Assembly (NCBI RefSeq): GCF_964204645.1
Contig: NC_134029.1
Coordinates: 11,434,850 to 11,498,849 of the forward strand
DNA length: 64,000 nucleotides
Source: Tubulanus polymorphus
Taxonomy: Eukaryota > Animalia > Nemertea
Direction of reading: 5' to 3'
Both the position numbers and the translations under genes were made by a program. Below the pieces are notes generated by a model. It was not told the origin of the DNA, did not search any database, and saw only the letters and a program-made list of their open reading frames with translations. Positions 11,750-22,300 of this stretch are shown here, piece by piece. Every line of letters starts with the position of its first letter. Position 1 is the first letter of the stretch.

Positions 11750-13081
11750 TTAAGATTTAGAATATAATATTCCTCCGATTACAATTCCTATACAAGTTAA
11801 AGCTAATTTAGCATTTTCATGGGATTTATTATCATCATTTAGTTTAATTATATCATGTTGAATAATATCAGTTTTTATATTTTCTGATGTATTGTAATCT
11901 TTTATTTTAGAATCATTATTTAATTTAATATTATTAGTTTTAGTTTCAGTTGATTGAATGTGTTTTTTTATTTTTTTCACCTTCCATTAATTTTGGAGCA
12001 GTAATAATCTTTTTATCTATATCATTTAATCCAAATGAATTATTTATTGTTGCAGTTTTAATTAGATTATTATAACCAATTATATTTCCCATCTTTTGTA
12101 CTAAATCATTAGAAATAATAAATAGATTAGGGCCTATACAATAATTTAATCTAATATGTGATTTATCTAAATAATTTTGATATCTTACAATGTTTTCTGG
12201 AATCGATCTATTTTTATCATTATGAATGGAATCTTCAAATAATACTTTGAATTGTTTCTGCGCATCGAATGAAGTGTTATCATTTCCAATTATTGGGGAT
12301 CTTGTTTCAACTTGTGCACCTAAAATACATATCAAATAAGTTCTAATAGATTGATTTATTCTTTGTATTCCAGCTTTAGTAAAACCTTCACTATTTTCTA
12401 AAATGAAATTAACCCAACCATTATTGTTTTGTTGTTGTATATTATTATAATATTTTGGTAATTCATTCCAATTTAGTGTTCTTATATCTGAATTTGTCAT
12501 TATTTTTCCAAATTCTTTAGTATATAATATTCCTAATCCACCCATTGTTCCAATTTTTGCTCTAAAATCTTTATTTGAATTAATATTAAATTCATTACAT
12601 ATTTTATAAAACTTAGAACAATTAATATTATTATTCAATTCTTTAAAATATTTTGAACCTGGTAAAGGACATTCTAATTCATCCAATATTAATTTTATTT
12701 GAAAATATGTATGAAATCTAAAAAGTGATAACATCAATGGTAAACTTCGTTTGTTTAAATGATCATTCCAACTAATTCCACATCCTGTTGTTGCACAATA
12801 AACAGCAAAATTTAATTGGTTCTGCCAATACTTCATATTAGATTTTAATAACCATTGTTTTGCCTCATTTAAATTTTTGAAATTAATTGTATACACATGA
12901 AATATATTTTCCATCTTTACATGAAAATTATTACTTTCAGTAACATAAATATATAAATCAATTAATGAATTTAAAACTTCATTTCTATATGTAATATCTT
13001 TATTAAAATCTATTGCAGGAATATTTAATAATATTTAATTGATTTATTATATTGGAAAGCTTTTGCAAAACTATCTGCCAT
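11750..13081 (-). pseudogene. ~440-aa element protein (WQNQLNFAVYCATTGCGIS motif) with C-terminal TM anchor; two frameshifts
   Basis: The ATG at 13081 (MADSFAKAFQYN) frameshifts into the 322-aa ORF. That ORF frameshifts into the 11750 ORF ending LALTCIGIVIGGILYSKS. Confidence 0.72.
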
Positions 13082-13097
13082 TTATATAATAAAAAAA

Positions 13098-13521
13098 TTA
13101 ATAATTTATTAATTCTTTTAATAATTTATCTTGTTCTTCAACTGTTATATGACCATTTAAACTTATTATATAATCTAGTGTATTCTTTAATTTATTAATT
13201 TCTTTTATTAGTTTTAATTTTTTCTTTATTACTTTTTATATTTAATTTTGAACTTATACCAGTTAAAACACTTGATGATAATCCTAATACACCAATTGAT
13301 ATAGCTAAAGGTGTTAATGGACTGAATATTGCTAGAAATATTATTACAGAACTAATTGTAACCAAACCACTTATAATCAAATAATATATAATCTTAGATT
13401 TTAAATATTTTTTCTTTTTAACTTTTAAATCATTTTCAAATTCTAATATTTGTTTTTCTAAATATATTTTTAATTTAGTTTTATTTATATCATGAGGAAT
13501 AATATCAATATTATCTTCCAT
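13098..13521 (-). pseudogene. Two-TM membrane protein with C-terminal helical tail; one frameshift
   Basis: Hydrophobic IIYYLIISGLVTISSVIIFLAIF and LAISIGVLGLSSSVLTGI. Continues KEINKLKNTLDYIISLNGHITVEEQDKLLKEL after the shift. Confidence 0.7.
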
Positions 13522-13540
13522 TTATTTAGAAAAAAAATTA

Positions 13541-13963
13541 CTAATTAGTAAACTTATAAGCAACAAATATAACAATAACAGTTCCGCCTAAAATCCAAAT
13601 TATTTCATATTTCTGTTGTTCTTTACTTGGGGTATAATAATCTGATAATTTAGGTTTGTATAGATGTAATTTTTCTTTATTTGTTACTGCGTTATATAAA
13701 CTCATTGCATCATCAACTGATTGAAAATCTCTATGTGAAATCTTCTGATCATATAATTCTTTATTGATGTAATCCATATAGTTTTGTCTTTTTTCTCTAT
13801 ATTCTTCTGCTGCTTTATTGTATTTCTCTAATGCTAAGTTATGTCTTTTTTGTTCTGTTAATGATCCATATTTATCAATATGTTTAAATAAATAACCACC
13901 ACCAGTAAATGCTAAAGCGTTAACAATTGCCGATCCTATAATAGTTATAACTGCAGAAGCCAT
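13541..13963 (-). CDS. 140-aa membrane protein: N-terminal hydrophobic helix, coiled coil, C-terminal TM
   Basis: Intact ORF MASAVITIIGSAIVNALAFTGGGYLF...EQKRHNLALEKY...IIWILGGTVIVIFVAYKF. Confidence 0.78.
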   Translation of the reverse strand: MASAVITIIGSAIVNALAFTGGGYLFKHIDKYGSLTEQKRHNLALEKYNKAAEEYREKRQNYMDYINKELYDQKISHRDFQSVDDAMSLYNAVTNKEKLHLYKPKLSDYYTPSKEQQKYEIIWILGGTVIVIFVAYKFTN

Positions 13964-13987
13964 TTATTTAGTAAAATAATTATGCAT

Positions 13988-14209
13988 TTATATGGGAGGA
14001 ATATATTTTTGTTTTTCCAAATAATCAATAGTTAAATTAGATAAAGTTACTGCTAATGTTAATTTTAAAATATCATTTATATCAAATCTATCAACATTAA
14101 CACTTCCCATTTTGAATACTTTTTTAAATACCATTGAATAACCAACAGTTCCAACTGATAGTAATGCGCCATTTTATAATCCAGTTATTATCCACTTATT
14201 ATCACTCAT
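13988..14209 (-). pseudogene. Small hydrophobic/amphipathic protein missing from the ORF track (one internal stop)
   Basis: MSDNKWIITGL*NGALLSVGTVGYSMVFKKVFKMGSVNVDRFDINDILKLTLAVTLSNLTIDYLEKQKYI; starts at TAAATG. Confidence 0.62.
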
Positions 14210-14226
14210 TTATTTATCAAAAAATT

Positions 14227-14589
14227 ACTATCATCAAAATATTTAGTTATCTTAATTCAACATTATTCAATTCGATTAATTCGATTAATTCAACATTTAT
14301 TTCATTACTAGTTTCATTTGTATATATTTCATTTATTATTTTTTTAATATCATCGATGATCTTCATCTTCATCTAATTCATAAAATCTTAAAGATTCTCT
14401 AATTAAATTAGTAATCTTTTCTACATTATAAGTTTCTTTATCTATTGTTGTTTCATACTCAAATGTTGTTTCATACGAAAATGTAATATTTTTGATATGT
14501 GTAATTACATCATTAAAGTTAAATTTCATTTCTTTCTCACGTTTAAAATCAAACCCAAAACATATACTCGGCCCAACAGTTATATTCAT
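14227..14589 (-). pseudogene. Hypothetical Polinton protein
   Basis: ORF 14350-14589 with TAAATG start, probably extended by a frameshift. Confidence 0.5.
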
Positions 14590-14606
14590 TTATATAGTGA
14601 AAAGAA

Positions 14607-15058
14607 TTACTCTCTACATCTTATAACTAATTCATAAATTACAGGGAAATTATTCAAATCAATTAAATAACCATTATGATTTCTAATTTCTAATTTAAAA
14701 TTATTAAATTTAGGAATGCAAGGTTTAAAATCACATTCAGCTAAATTATAATTTATTTGCGTTCCAAATTGTTTAACATTTTTAAATGGTAAAATTTTTA
14801 ATATACTAGAATTACAAATTGTATCTTTAGTTGCTTCGAATGTTTTTGTAGGCTCGATTATATTGCAATAAATATAAAAGTGTGTAAAAGGTATTATATT
14901 TGAATTACCATCTACGTTTCCTGTAACAGTATCTGGTACAATTCCTAACAGTTAAGCTATAGGTTTTTTTACCATAAATGCATGTTGACTTTCATCATGT
15001 AACTTTATTTTAATTGTATTTGTGCTATCACTTTTATTAAATTTAATTAAAAATTTAT
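14607..15058 (-). pseudogene. C-terminal half of minor capsid (penton-like) protein; N-terminal half deleted
   Basis: KKPIA*LLGI...NIIPFTHFYIYCNIIEP...SSILKILPF...KLEIRNHNGYLIDLNNFPVIYELVI. Homologous to 20887-21165. Confidence 0.75.
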
Positions 15059-15059
15059 C

Positions 15060-15413
15060 TTATTCGAAATCTATTTCATGGTGCCCTTTTTCATTCTTAC
15101 CTTTGTATACGAAATAGAAATCTCCAGAACATAATTCTTCTAGATCTTCACTTGATAATCTATGAAATCTATCCGGTAAATATGTTCTTAATTTATATGT
15201 ATTTCCTTTTAATCCTTCATATTCTAAGTGTATAACTAATTTATCTCCATATTTGTTAGTAACTGTAACAATATCTGTAATTAGATATTTCTTATGGATT
15301 GTTAATTCTGTTAACTTTTTGAATTTATAATCTACAGATTTTACATTTGTAGTATCTTTTATTCTATCTATAAATGATTTGTTTTTCTCACTGTGCGCTT
15401 GTTTACTCTCCAT
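15060..15413 (-). CDS. Small OB-fold-like protein, putative ssDNA-binding
   Basis: Intact 117-aa ORF with the pattern FKKLTEL...Y.I......NKYGDKL...YLPDRF. Homologues at ~21473-21817 and 35580-35856. The fold is inferred. Confidence 0.6.
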   Translation of the reverse strand: MESKQAHSEKNKSFIDRIKDTTNVKSVDYKFKKLTELTIHKKYLITDIVTVTNKYGDKLVIHLEYEGLKGNTYKLRTYLPDRFHRLSSEDLEELCSGDFYFVYKGKNEKGHHEIDFE

Positions 15414-18400
15414 TTTAATAACATATTTTTATTAAAATTTGATAAACACGTTAGAATTCTTTTCATTATCTCGTTCTCTTTTGTTTCTTCTCTTTTAAAT
15501 TTTAAGTATTCATCTAAATTGCAACCATAAGCAACTGTATGAATTCCATCATCTAAAATATATCGTTTATCATCAAATGGGTTTAGACTTATCTTTTCAA
15601 TTTCTTCAATAAACATTTCATGATCTTCAGATCTTAAACATCTCATCTTATGTTTTCTAACTTCTTCATTGAATATACAATTGATGTAATCTTTGAAATG
15701 AATATTCTTTTCTACTACACTTTTGGTTATTCCTTTTAACTTTTTAGCTTCATGTTCTTTAGTTTTATATGAATACATTTTAGATCTAATACCTATGAAT
15801 TCAATCATTTCTTCACCACCTAATTCATCTTTGAATTTACCGGGAACTTTTTTATTATCATTGCTAAACAATTCATGATTTTTAGGATAGTTACTAAAAT
15901 CAAAATGATGTTTTAATGTTTTTAAATCATCAGTTATGTTATCAGTTTTTATCTTTAATATGTAACTGTCAGTATCAAAATATAATATTTCTATATGTTT
16001 TTCTCCAAAAAGTGGTTGTAATATATTATAATAGAATTCATACATTAGTAATTTTGATAATTCTAAAACTGAAGCGCCAACATAGATTGGTTTATTAAAT
16101 TTCATAGACGTTCTCCTCATTTTAACTGCAGCTAAATTTTCATCAAATATTCTGTTACCAATGAACTTAGGATATGATTGTAAATGTCTAATTCTTTTAC
16201 CATTACTAACTAACTCAATATCATTTCTATTTCTAATATTTTCACAAGTCTTACCATAGAATGCATTATTCATTAACTTGAAGAAATCTTTCTCAAAATC
16301 AGTTTTAGCTTCAGTTCTCTGTTTGGTGTTAAAATCTATATATTTTTCTAACCACTTCGATTGACTAAATGAAATATATCTATGTACTTTTTTTTAGAAC
16401 CATTCCTTGTTTTAGATAAAACTTCAACATTCTATAATGTACTACATAATTATATTTATCTTCTTGAGTTACCATTAACTTTTCTGTATGAATATGATTT
16501 TCGGGTTTAATTCTTTTTTGGTAATTTGATAATTCTTCATGAGTTACAGTTTTATGTTCGGGACAGTAAGCTAGATTTCTAGATTTAAATTTAATATGTT
16601 CAGGATATTCCAAGTCTACAACAAAGAAGTAACCAGTATCTGAATCATCTGCAATATCTAGAATTCTTTTCTTCCAATCAAATTTATCATTATTTTCATT
16701 CTGTAAAACTTCAGTTAATTCAAATACTCCATAAGGTTGTGGTTCCATCATAGCCCAACCATATAAATTATTTGCATCTATATATAATAACTTATATCCA
16801 GGGTTATCATTTACATTGAAATATCTATCACCTAATACACCCAAAACTCTTATAGATTTTACAAATAATAGTAATTGATCTATATTTGTTAACAAATCCA
16901 TTTTTATATTTGTAAATTTTAATCCACAATCCCATGTTAATCCTGGTGATGAATAACAACGACAAGAAGGATCAATGTTAAAATATTTTAGGTTTACATC
17001 TCTAAACCTTTCGAATATATCGGTTAATAATAATACATCTGATTTTAAATATAAATCTACTAATTGCCCATGATTTTCTATTTTGAAATGATTCCAAATA
17101 TTCAATGTTCTATTATAGACTACATCTTTAACGTATTCATTTTTTAATTCATCATAGAATTGTTCTTTCAATAATTCAGTTATATTGAAATCATTATGTG
17201 ATTTATAAAATCAATATGGAATTGCTCCTTTATATCTCATTAATTGAAAATCATCATTATTTGGGTAATATTCTTTTAATAACTTTAATTCATCATCAAC
17301 TAATGATTTTTATAAGTTATCTAATGAACTATTTAAAAATCTATATGAATCTATAAATCTTAGACATCCAAATTGGAATGATATATAATTCTCAGATGTT
17401 TTAGCTAACATTCTAAATTTATAAGTTGGTATCTTATCTTTTGATCTATTTGAATTTAATCTTTCTATTTCATTATTAATTTCTTCTATTTTATGGCATA
17501 ACTGTTTGATGAATAAATGTGCATCATATCCTGATAGATTATGAAATATAACTGGTACAAAATTAATTTTCTTAGCTTGTAAGTTACAATTCTCATGTGC
17601 AGCGCCTCTAAACTTTCCGTTCAAATGATCATGGTCTCTTCCTTTTTTATCTTTATAATTAAATATCTTTTCACAATAATAACATTTATCTGCAAACTCA
17701 AATTCTTCTTTATCTTCTTCTGTCATTATAATTTCTATATTTGTATTCAATAATTTACTAAATCTTATTTCATATTCAATTAATAAGTCACAAAAATGAT
17801 TGATAACATTTTCATTTCTATAATTATAATATTCACTTTCAATTAGTTCTGGATAATCAGATTTAATATATAACCCGAAAGCAGCAGCTGATTGATGAAT
17901 CTTTTTAATTGTATTTGTTATTGGTGGTTCATCAGAACAATCATTTTCATTAGAATTTAATTTCTTTCTTTTATAATATATTTCTTTTCTATCTTGATCA
18001 GATAATTCTTTATTTAATGATTCAAAATCTCCATATATTACAAATGGTACTTTATTTTTGTGATCATATTTTTTGAATTCTAATATTTTATCCTTTTCAT
18101 TTGGTAAAACTAATTTACAATAATCATGATTTTCACATAATTGTTTATGATTTAATAATGTACTTTCATTACTGAATCTATGTAAACATTTTCTACAAAG
18201 ATATATTTTATTATGGTGATCACTTTCTGTTCTAAAGAATAAATCTATTTGTTTAATCCACATATAATGATTCTCATAATATAATATATCTATAACATCA
18301 TTTGAATCATAATCTTTTGATAGGTATAAAGGTTCTAATGTATAATGTTTTATGTTGTTACCTTTTGTATTTGGTAATTTGATTAAATCAAATACATTTA

Positions 18401-19484
18401 TTCTTAAATTATTATCTCTTTCTATTTTTGGGATGTTTTTAATTCTAACAGGATACTTATCTATCTTATAATTATTTTCAAATGGTTTATAATGAGGTAA
18501 TCTAAAACTATGTTGTTTATAATCTTCAACTGGGTGTAAACAACTAATTATAGCCCATAGAAAACATTTATCATCTTCATTTTGTACATTTATTACAGCA
18601 TTAGTTTTAAATGGTAGTTTAATATAACTCGATGCTTCAATATCTGGTTCTTTATAATATGATACATTATTTTCATCAATTGGTTTTGATTTAGTTAACT
18701 TATTATATTTTGTGTTATAAACATGTAAAGTCATAAATATTATTTCATCAAATATTAAACCAGATCCATCAAAATATTTCTCTTCTATTTTAGTTTTTAC
18801 TTCATTATAACATTTATCTAATTTATCATCTATATGTTGTTTTGAAATAATATGTTGTGAATGAGAATTTATATTATATATTGGTTTATCTTCGGATTTT
18901 ATGAATTTAACTTTAGAAGATATACTTATTTTAGGATATTCAACATCAGTTATTATTTTTATTATTTCTTTCATATTTTCTAAATGTTTTTTATTTTCTT
19001 CTAATGTTTTACCTTTATGAAATTTAAACTCAATAGCTGCTGGACCAATATCACTTTTAAATGCTTCGGTTATCTCTATATCTTTTTTATTATCTAATGA
19101 ATTAATATATTTTCTTACATCTTCCATGTATGGTCTTTTATTGTTTAATTTATTTTTTATGTTTTTAATTGTCTTCTGTTTCTTATAATTATCTTTATCA
19201 AAATAATCTTCACCTAAAATATCATTATTCTTATTTCTAATATGACTTTTAGATTTTAAATGTTCTTTATAATATCTTTTATCACTGAATGATTGATTAC
19301 ATGTATCACATTTGTATGTTTCTTTTTCATTCTTTAATTCATCTAATTTAGTTTCTAATATATCATCTTTATATTCTAATTTCAATTTATTCTCTAAATG
19401 TGTTTTAGTTTTATTGTGTCTTGCTTTTTGGGATTTATCTATATTGATATTACATGTTGGACAGTAGTACTTATTTGCTTCCAT
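15368..19484 (-). pseudogene. polB: Protein-primed family B DNA polymerase (pPolB), frameshifted into three ORFs
   Basis: Exonuclease motifs VIYGDFES, PVIFHNLSGYD, YLKSDVLLL. Polymerase motifs YIDANNLYGWAM, KLMNNAFYGK, YFDTDS, GKFKDE, KLKGI, DDKRY. N-terminal C2H2 fingers, NEDDKCFLWAI, and an EndoVII-like RDHDHLNGKFRGAAHENCN. Confidence 0.97.
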
Positions 19485-19745
19485 TTTAATACTAAATTTT
19501 TTATTAAAATTGATTTTAGAAGTTCAATGATTTATATCATGCATTATTTCAATCACACTTTACTAACACTTTTAATGTTTAAAAATCTAACTCACACAAA
19601 TATGAATATTGAAATAATGTTGTAAATATATACTTTTATATCTATTCTATAAGAGCTCACACTTTACTCACACTTTTATATTGAATAATCTATCAATTTA
19701 TATACTATTCATATATATTTTATTCATGTATATGATTATTTTAAG

Positions 19746-20004
19746 AGTAATAGGGATAATAGGCTTTCAAGCTAAAGGTTGAACGGGCGGGTGAGTAAAA
19801 AAGGAAAAACATGAAAATAATAACAATTTCTACTTGAATTAGGAGTGAAACTCATAAAAATGAAAAATAAATTCGAGCGTGTGAGAATTTATTTTTCATT
19901 TTTATGCGTTTCGCGAGTAATTCAAGTAGAAATTGTTATTATTTTCATTTTTTACGAGCTCGACCGTTCGACCTTTGGCTTGAAAGCCTATTATCCCTAT
20001 TACT
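19746..20004. repeat. Terminal ~260-bp imperfect fold-back (AGTAAT...ATTACT) of the Polinton
   Basis: AGTAATAGGGATAATAGGCTTTCAAGC pairs with GCTTGAAAGCCTATTATCCCTATTACT. The inner arms also pair. Confidence 0.9.
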
Positions 20005-20065
20005 AGTACGAAACGAAATACTATACGAAATGCTAAACTACGAAACGAAATGGTGATTTTTTCGT

Positions 20066-20885
20066 GGGTCCTGCTAAAGTATAAAATGAAATACGAAACG
20101 AAAATTTTGTAATTTTTTGCGCTATAGCAGCGGATTCGTGGAGCTGGCTTAAACATGCGCACCCGGTCTAGTGTGGCAGGGTTCCGTGCCGCGACTGAGT
20201 TTAGCGATGCCATCAGGGAGAATGATCTGCGCATGCTCATATACAACTGGAAGGTAGCGATTAATAAATTAAGGGTTAGAGAACGAAGTGTGCCTTAAAA
20301 TATATCCTGCAGTGTTTAGGCTAAAAAATTGATACCTCGTTTCTCCTCTGCTGAGGAGCTTAAAAGTCTGGATTTTGCAAGGGATGCGGATTCGAAAAGA
20401 AAATTCACGGCCGGAATTTTTTTCAAATTGCTCGTCACTACGCTGTTAAGCGGTAAAAAGATCGTCATGTAGTCCATGTGTAGGGCCTATCATTTCACTA
20501 TGCTTTACCGCGTCTAAGTTCGTGGAAATGGCGTCGCGTATTCATTATTTGTTTTTGAGAACATCCTACAAGTTTCTACTAATTGTAGACGTTCTTAAAA
20601 CCCTCCAGTTTAAGAAAATAAATTCTTGAATATGTTACTTTCAAAAGATCATTTACATGCACCGCCGAGATTTTTACAGTCCCGTAGCGTTATAACGAGC
20701 TTTGACCATAGTATGGGCGTGTGTTTGAAATGTGACCATTTCGTTTAGTATTTCGGTTCGTATTTTAGCCCTACTGGCAAAACAATTTCCATTTCTTAAT
20801 TTCGTAGTTTCGTAATTTCGTAATTTCGTTTCGTAATTTCGCTCCATATTTCGTAATTTCGTAGTTTCGTACTTTAGCAGGACCC
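20066..20885. mobile_element. Non-autonomous TIR element (GGGTCCTGCTAAAGTA) with ACGAAA subterminal repeats
   Basis: 16-bp perfect inverted termini and mirrored ACGAAA/TTTCGT arrays. Confidence 0.7.
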
Positions 20886-20886
20886 C

Positions 20887-21452
20887 ATTCTTCAGTGGTA
20901 AAATATTTAATATACTAGAATTACAAGTTGTATCTTTAGTTGCTTCGAATGTTTTTGTAGCATCAATTAAATTGCAATAAATATAAAAATTTGTGTAAGG
21001 TATTAAGTTTGGTGTAGCATCAGCATTACGTATCCCTACATCTCGGTTAATTCCTAACAGTTTAGCTATAGGTTTTTTAACCACAAATTGATGTTCATCA
21101 TTAGCTAACTTTATTCTTACTTTATTATTGATATCACTTTTTAAAAGTTTAATTCCAAATCCCAACGAGCTCTTTTATAAATTTCTTGCACTAATGTTAC
21201 TAAATTATATAATCCAGGTTTTAAAAATAGATGATACCATTTATTCAAATTTCTAGCATGAACTAAAAAAGCTAAATGATCAAGACTTTTATTCGATATA
21301 TTGTAAAAAGAGTTACATATACTTACATTTACTAATTTTAAATCTACACAATTTTTAAATTCTCTATCTAATTGTACTAGTAAATTATGTGATTTATAAT
21401 TTGTAAGTCTTCTTGAATCAACAAATATTCTATATTCTTTCAATTCTACCAT
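20887..21452 (-). pseudogene. Minor capsid (penton-like single jelly-roll) protein, frameshifted and C-terminally truncated
   Basis: IFVDSR, NSFYNI, PGLYN, AKLLGI, NLIPYTNFYIYCNLI and SSILNILP are motifs typical of Polinton/PLV minor capsid proteins. Confidence 0.75.
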
Positions 21453-21472
21453 TTATTTTACATATTTTTACA

Positions 21473-21817
21473 TTATTCGAAATTTATATCATGGTGCCCT
21501 TTTTCATTCTTACCTTTGTATATGAAATAGAAATCACCTGAACATAATTCTTCTAAATCTTCACTTGATAATCTGTGAAATCTATCTGGTAAATATGTTC
21601 TGAATTTATATTTATTTCATTTCAATCCTTCATATTCTAAGTGGATAACTAGTTTATCTCCATAATTATTAGTAATTGTTTCAATATTTGTAATTAATTA
21701 TTTCTTTTGAATTGTTAGTTCATTTAACTTTTTGAATTAACTGATTTAGCATTTTAGTATCTTTAATTCTATCAAAAATGATTTGTTGTTCTCACTGTAT
21801 ATTTGTTTACTCTCCAT
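21473..21817 (-). pseudogene. Decayed paralogue of the 15060-15413 OB-like protein
   Basis: High nucleotide similarity to 15060-15413, with indels and stops. Confidence 0.8.
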
Positions 21818-22204
21818 TTTAATAACATATTTTTTATTAAAATTGATTTTAGAAGTTATTCATTTATATATGTTATTCATTTATATGTTATTCATATATA
21901 TGAACATTATTAGGAGTAATTGGGAATATGGGGGTTCATAACAAAGGTTGAAGGGGCGAGTGAGAAAAAAAATAAAAATAAATTCGAGCGTGCGAGATTT
22001 TTATTTTTTGCGAGCTCGACCCTTCGACCTTTGGCATGAGCCCCCATATTCCCAATTACTGACCGCTTATAAAAGCAACGGGACGGACAAATTACATACC
22101 GGAAAAACTGTACCCTACGGAAAGTGATGAATTTCCCGATCAATAACCAAGTTTTAACTGAAAATGACGGAAATTACTGTAAATGCGTATGGAAAATCCG
22201 GCCG

Positions 22205-22300
22205 ACTTTTTACAGCGTACAGCGGATTCAAAGGAGTCCCAGAACCCTTGCCACTTCAGAAAATCAACGTCAAATTTGGGCAGGACGAGTTTGGGTATAT
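22205..22300 (-). pseudogene. BEL/Pao LTR retrotransposon gag fragment
   Basis: IPKLVLPKFDVDFLKWQGFWDSFESAV matches the LPKLxLPxFxGxxxxWxxFWxxFxxAV gag motif. Confidence 0.7.

Larger units (their letters stand above)
2369..20004. mobile_element. Polinton/Maverick (adintovirus-like) endogenous element, decayed, left end missing, interrupted by a nested insertion at ~5123-11418
   Basis: Integrase, packaging ATPase, pPolB and penton-like genes lie together in compact, intronless, very AT-rich DNA. The right end is ...ATTACT, matching AGT...ACT-type termini. Many frameshifts and stops. Confidence 0.93.
20887..22060. mobile_element. Second, diverged Polinton right-end fragment lacking PolB (penton-like gene, OB-like gene, terminal hairpin 21915-22060)
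   Basis: Homologous to 14780-15440 and to 19500-20004. Ends ATTACT. Confidence 0.85.

Noticed and set aside
20674-20886. C-terminal YETTKLRN repeats of the 163-aa ORF as a repeat domain
   Set aside because: This is read-through into the TTTCGT subterminal repeats of a TIR element.
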